Origin: Stegostoma tigrinum
Taxonomy: Eukaryota
Assembly (NCBI RefSeq): GCF_030684315.1
Contig: NC_081396.1
Location: forward strand, 2,542,001 to 2,606,000
Length of the DNA: 64,000 bases
Direction: 5' to 3'
Shown: in pieces, positions 59,486-64,000 of the stretch
How the letters are laid out: each line of letters starts with the position of its first letter
Numbering within the stretch: the stretch's first letter is position 1
The notes under the pieces: model-generated
The model's database searches: none
Told to the model about the DNA's origin: nothing
The model's input: the letters and a program-made list of their open reading frames with translations, nothing else
Position numbers and translations under genes: made by a program

Positions 59486-62400
59486 CTTTTTATACCAGTG
59501 AGTTCACCCTGGGTATAGACCATGCATCTGCTCTGATTGTAGGAAAGGATTTACTCAGAAATTCCACCACACAGCACACCTGTGGAGACAGCAGTGTGTT
59601 CATGAGATTTCAGGAGCTGTATTTTTCTGCAATTTTTCAGCGTCTGGATGTAATTTATAGCCCTGCTTTGCTATAGCTCTATGGGAAAGACAAATATATG
59701 GACTTTGTTGAATGCAGTCAACTTTGTTAAATGCAGGTGGTAACAATGGGTGACTTCTATTTCAATGCAGAGTGGGTGAATCTAATCATTACAAATGTTA
59801 TGATGAATTATTTTTTCTTTTTTGTAATGTTACGGGCCAGAATGGACTGAAAACATTCCAGCTGAGAAAAGAATCCATTGACCGTTACACTCTGTTTCCA
59901 TCACTCAGTCAATTTTGTATCGATGTTACTCCTGCCCCTTTTATTCCATGAACTTTATTTACAAGTCTCTTGTGTGACACTGTATCAAACAGCATTTGGA
60001 TGCAAAACTATCACCATCACTTTTGCCCCAGAATTTCCAGTCCTTGGCTCACAACGCTCTTTCTGGATCTTTGAGAATTGAATCTCTCAGCAGCAATTAC
60101 CACAGCTGAAATGAGCTGATTGTAACTCGGTGGCTGAGTTAGTTTCATTAACGAATTGATTCAAATCACTTCTTTTATTTTGGTAAATGTGCTACTGAGG
60201 AAAACATTGGGTCTGTTCAATACATCCCTCCTCTCTGATCCTGCACAAACATTCTGTTTATTATATAACCTTTCCATTCCAAATAAATTAGTCAAGACCG
60301 CAGAGGACTCACTGCAAAGCCATCTTATCAGATCTCACATTGTCTCTGACAGAAACTGCGGCATGGAATTTAAAACAGGTAGATGGAGTTTGAAGTATGA
60401 CCTAGTCTTTTAACATAATCACTGAGTCATGATTAATTCTTCAATTTAATGAACTGAGACTGACAACTTAATCATGTGTTTCTGGTGACAAATTCACACA
60501 TTTGATTCATTGCAGGATGCCTTCCTGAGTTAAATATCTGTCTTCACCTTGTTAATTTACTTCAGCAGATATAAATGTAAGTAGTTTGAAAAGGGTGAAT
60601 TTCTACTTAAGTTTACTAACCAGGCTCACTCACAGGTGTCTGTCTAAAACTCTTCCTTTAAATGCTCCTCCAAGGTCTCAGTGTCTTTAGTAGTAGCCAG
60701 ATTACCAAATCAAATTTACTTTAAAAGTTCATAGGCAAAGATACAAACATTTCTGGGAGAACCTGTGTTAAAAACTGTATCTTTTTGTTTTTCTTTATTT
60801 TGGATTGTGGAACAAAATGGGGAAAAATGCTTTAGGCCAACGACTGTGAAAATAGTTGTTGCTCTTTCTAAAAACAACTTACTGGCATGCATTGTGAGTT
60901 GTGATAACAGTTTTTTTTATTCAAGCGGTGGGGAAGAGATCTGAGAGGTCATGGCACTGGGTATATGTGCAGATTGCTGATTTGTTCTTGCAATCTGGAC
61001 AACTTGAAGTCAGAAGTCATCAGTTTAGCCACAGTTCTCTGATGCACCTAAGGAAGTGAATGCTGTGGTTCTGAACAATACAGAGAGAAACCTTGAAACT
61101 GCATAACGGACAATGTCTCCTCGCTTGCCCACTGTCTTCAGTGAAGTGACCAAAGTCAGAAAGATGGCTAGATATTATCTCCCACCAGGTGTTGTGAAAT
61201 GTTGCCTCTATTAATAACCAAAGGAGTTTACAATTAATGTGTCAACCACATTGTTTCTTCTGTGAAAAATTGGAAAAAATGTGTAAAACTGGAGATCAGA
61301 GAACAGAAGCTGTTGGAAGGCAAAAAGGTCGCCTCCTGAACTCGTATTGATATTTGAACTGCACTTCTTCAGTATCGTTTTCTCCATCCTGAACATTCAA
61401 GTTTGTTTGTCTGTGTGTATGTGCGGCGTAGGAATAAGGTTTAACAAGTGGGAGGGGTTCGGAGTTTGGACTATGAGTTACATGTTGGTAATTCGTATGT
61501 TTGTTTGCCAATAGCTAGAAATGGTTTATTTGTAATAAACAGCAGTTCTTGTGGAGTATGGAAACCTGCTCAGTGTCTTTTTTAATTTCTGTTAAGCTGG
61601 GTCTATCAGACAGGTGAATTGGGGACTTTTGAGAACTCTGAATGAAACTTTATATTTGGTGATCACCCAAGGAGTAGTGGGGCTCGAATATCAGACACTT
61701 TGCAAAGTGTGTCATGACGACCTGTCAACTTATCAGTCTTATCCATACTTCCATTTTAGAATGAACATCAACAACTGATTGGTATATTTCAGTGAACTGG
61801 ATCCAAGGTATGTTAATCCAATTCTCATTCAGTGATGTGTTGTTTCCTTTAATTCTATGTCTTACCCTGACTCACCTCCTCATTGTAAAAATTTACACAT
61901 TTAATCAGTTATTTGACTCTCAAATTTATCTTGCAAAAAGAAATTGATATTTTATTCATTTCAAGTATTAACATGATTTGTTTCTTTTTTAAAATTTTGG
62001 TTGGTGTATATTACTTCAAGTTAACTTGGTAAGTGTGCCACTTTTAAAATTGACAATAGCCTAATTTGAATCAACTGACAGGTTTTCTTCATTTTAATTG
62101 GTTTCTGCCAGATGAAATGGAATAGTTTGCTACCCAGAACCACTGAGACTGTTTGTCATGAGATTGTTTTTTACAGTGGCATTTTTCTTTCCAACGCGGA
62201 AGATTGGCACCACAGTTAACTATTTCCACCGTGCTCTATTAGTACATGAGAAGTAACACCTAAAACTTCAAACCACATTGATACCAATTCAAACACACAG
62301 TTTTCTGTCTCAACAGTGGCCTCAGTGGCTTTGTGTCGCAGATTTTGGGAGTAACAAATAAGATGACCGAGCCTGTTCCCTTTAAATCCGAAGCAGTTTA

Positions 62401-63029
62401 TCTGAAGAGACTAGTCTTTTACAATTACTATTGAGAGTTGGCTTGAAGTCCTCAAATTGCTCAATGCTATCAGCATAACATTTCAGTCAGGTCAGTAAGA
62501 CTGAGAATAAGAGAAGGCACTACATCCACCACAGAGATTGGTTGCATCATCCATTTGTATGATCCATGACATCCAGAAGACTGACACCAGTATTCCCCTA
62601 GTGTGTAAACCATAAACCATTCTGAGGAGACTCAAATAAATGCAAAATACTGTTGATGCTGGAAATCTGAAACAGACACAGACATTGAAAGTTTACAGGA
62701 TTTGGTGGATTATCAGTGCATTCACACCAGGCAAACTGTTTCAATGTCCCGTGTGTGAGCAGTGATTCAGTGGATCACCGTAAATCCACAGGTGACTGCA
62801 GAAGTTGAACTTTGTTCCCATTGCTGCTGGTTCGGGTGTGTATGGATGCACCATCAATTCACATTATCCTGGGTTCGTGATTATACAATCGACGATTCAT
62901 TTCGTTACATTTCTCTAAAAATTGCTGATTTGTTTTATTATTTGAACGTCTGTTCTGGTCTCCACACCGAACAGCCAAACAAGTATCGATCTTCATTTTA
63001 GAAAAAGCTATCAATGGAGATGCTATTAC

Positions 63030-63340
63030 CCATTATGCACGGCAGGGCTGAAAGCCCTCATTCACATCACAGGAGACGCGTGCGCAAGCGCATTGTCTGG
63101 AGCATGCGCAGTATTGTCGGTGATTTTTTTTGGGCCCTGTGGAGGGTGTGACGCAGCCGGTGGCCGAACGGGGCGGCTCCCTCCGGGGACAGAGTGCATG
63201 ATCGCAAAGGTCGGTGAAGGAGATCCCAGTCCTGGGTTTGCAGAGGGCGGGGACAATGAGCTGTAGCGGAAAGCTGGACTGACGGAGAAAGGTTTTATAA
63301 ACTCCTTTTCCGGGGGGAGGATCTGCAAACTGCAACCCAG
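63030..63340 (+). promoter_or_regulatory. CpG-rich promoter of the next ZNF unit
   Basis: NRF1-like cgcgtgcgca and agcatgcgca (63101-63110); GC boxes. Confidence 0.6.
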
Positions 63341-63356
63341 GGACATTTTTGCTTCT

Positions 63357-63479
63357 GAGATGATGGGAACTGCAGATGCTGGAGAATTCCAAGATAATAA
63401 AATGTTAGGCTGGATGAACACAGCAGGCCAAGCAGCATCTCAGGAGCACAAAAGCTGACGTTTCGGGCCTAGACCCTTC
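63357..63479 (-). mobile_element. Penelope family A terminal fragment with perfect 14-bp TSD
   Basis: acatttttgcttct at 63343-63356 and 63480-63493; fragment breaks inside the hammerhead core. Confidence 0.9.
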
Positions 63480-63882
63480 ACATTTTTGCTTCTTCCCAGT
63501 CTCCATACCACACTGACATAGGTGGGGTTTATAAAGTAATGCAGCCTTTGGGAAAGATTGAACAGATTGGACCCTTAAAGGAAGGCATGAGCAGTGACCT
63601 AATACAGCAGTTTAAATGATCAACGTTTTGGACCAGGTCTTTCCTCATGAAATTTCTTCACACAGAGAATGATTGATGTGTGGAATTCGCAGCAAATAGT
63701 ACAGGCAAAAAGCAGAGATGTGTTACAAACGAAACTAGAAAAGATTGAAAGGAAGAAGGGGTGAAAAAAAAGTCAGATGAGCGAGATGAACTAAATTGGA
63801 GGGAAAACAGCAGAGTAATAAGACTGAATAGCCTGGCTGTTTATTTCACATTCAAAGTGTTTCATTTTAAACTCTTTCTGCA

Positions 63883-64000
63883 GGGTATTCGGAAAGACAT
63901 ATTTACGTCCAGAAGCTGAAACAAGTCATCATATCAAAATCTGATAGTAATTCAGTTCGTTAGGATCGGAATATCATCAGCCTCTAAACATGGAGGGAGA
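63883..64000 (+). other. Leader exon and probable start codon (ATG at 63990, MEG...) of another ZNF gene continuing beyond the window
   Basis: Acceptor ttctgcag; colinear with 57690-57816; aacATGGAGGGAGA resembles accATGGAAGGAGA. Confidence 0.6.

Overview
Eukaryotic, repeat-dense vertebrate DNA, most likely a cartilaginous fish. This is inferred from HE1/V-SINE-like SINEs, abundant CR1 and Penelope elements, and C2H2 genes with no KRAB domain. The window is a tandem cluster of roughly ten related C2H2 zinc-finger (ZNF) units built as CpG-rich promoter, conserved leader exon and a single finger-array exon. Four ORFs are open, several units are pseudogenes, and one starts at the right edge. Interspersed are a near-full-length Tx1/L1-clade LINE, a near-intact CR1 LINE, two Penelope-like element (PLE) families with minimal hammerhead ribozyme motifs, many short PLE end fragments with ~14-bp TSDs, SINEs and tRNA pseudogenes. 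The best candidate for something new is the Tx1-like LINE. It sits exactly in the hammerhead core of a Penelope element, and its own 5' end carries a diverged copy of the sequence just downstream of the predicted ribozyme cleavage site. This suggests a LINE that targets and borrows another retroelement's ribozyme. All calls were made by eye; repeat boundaries are approximate and no database searches were run.
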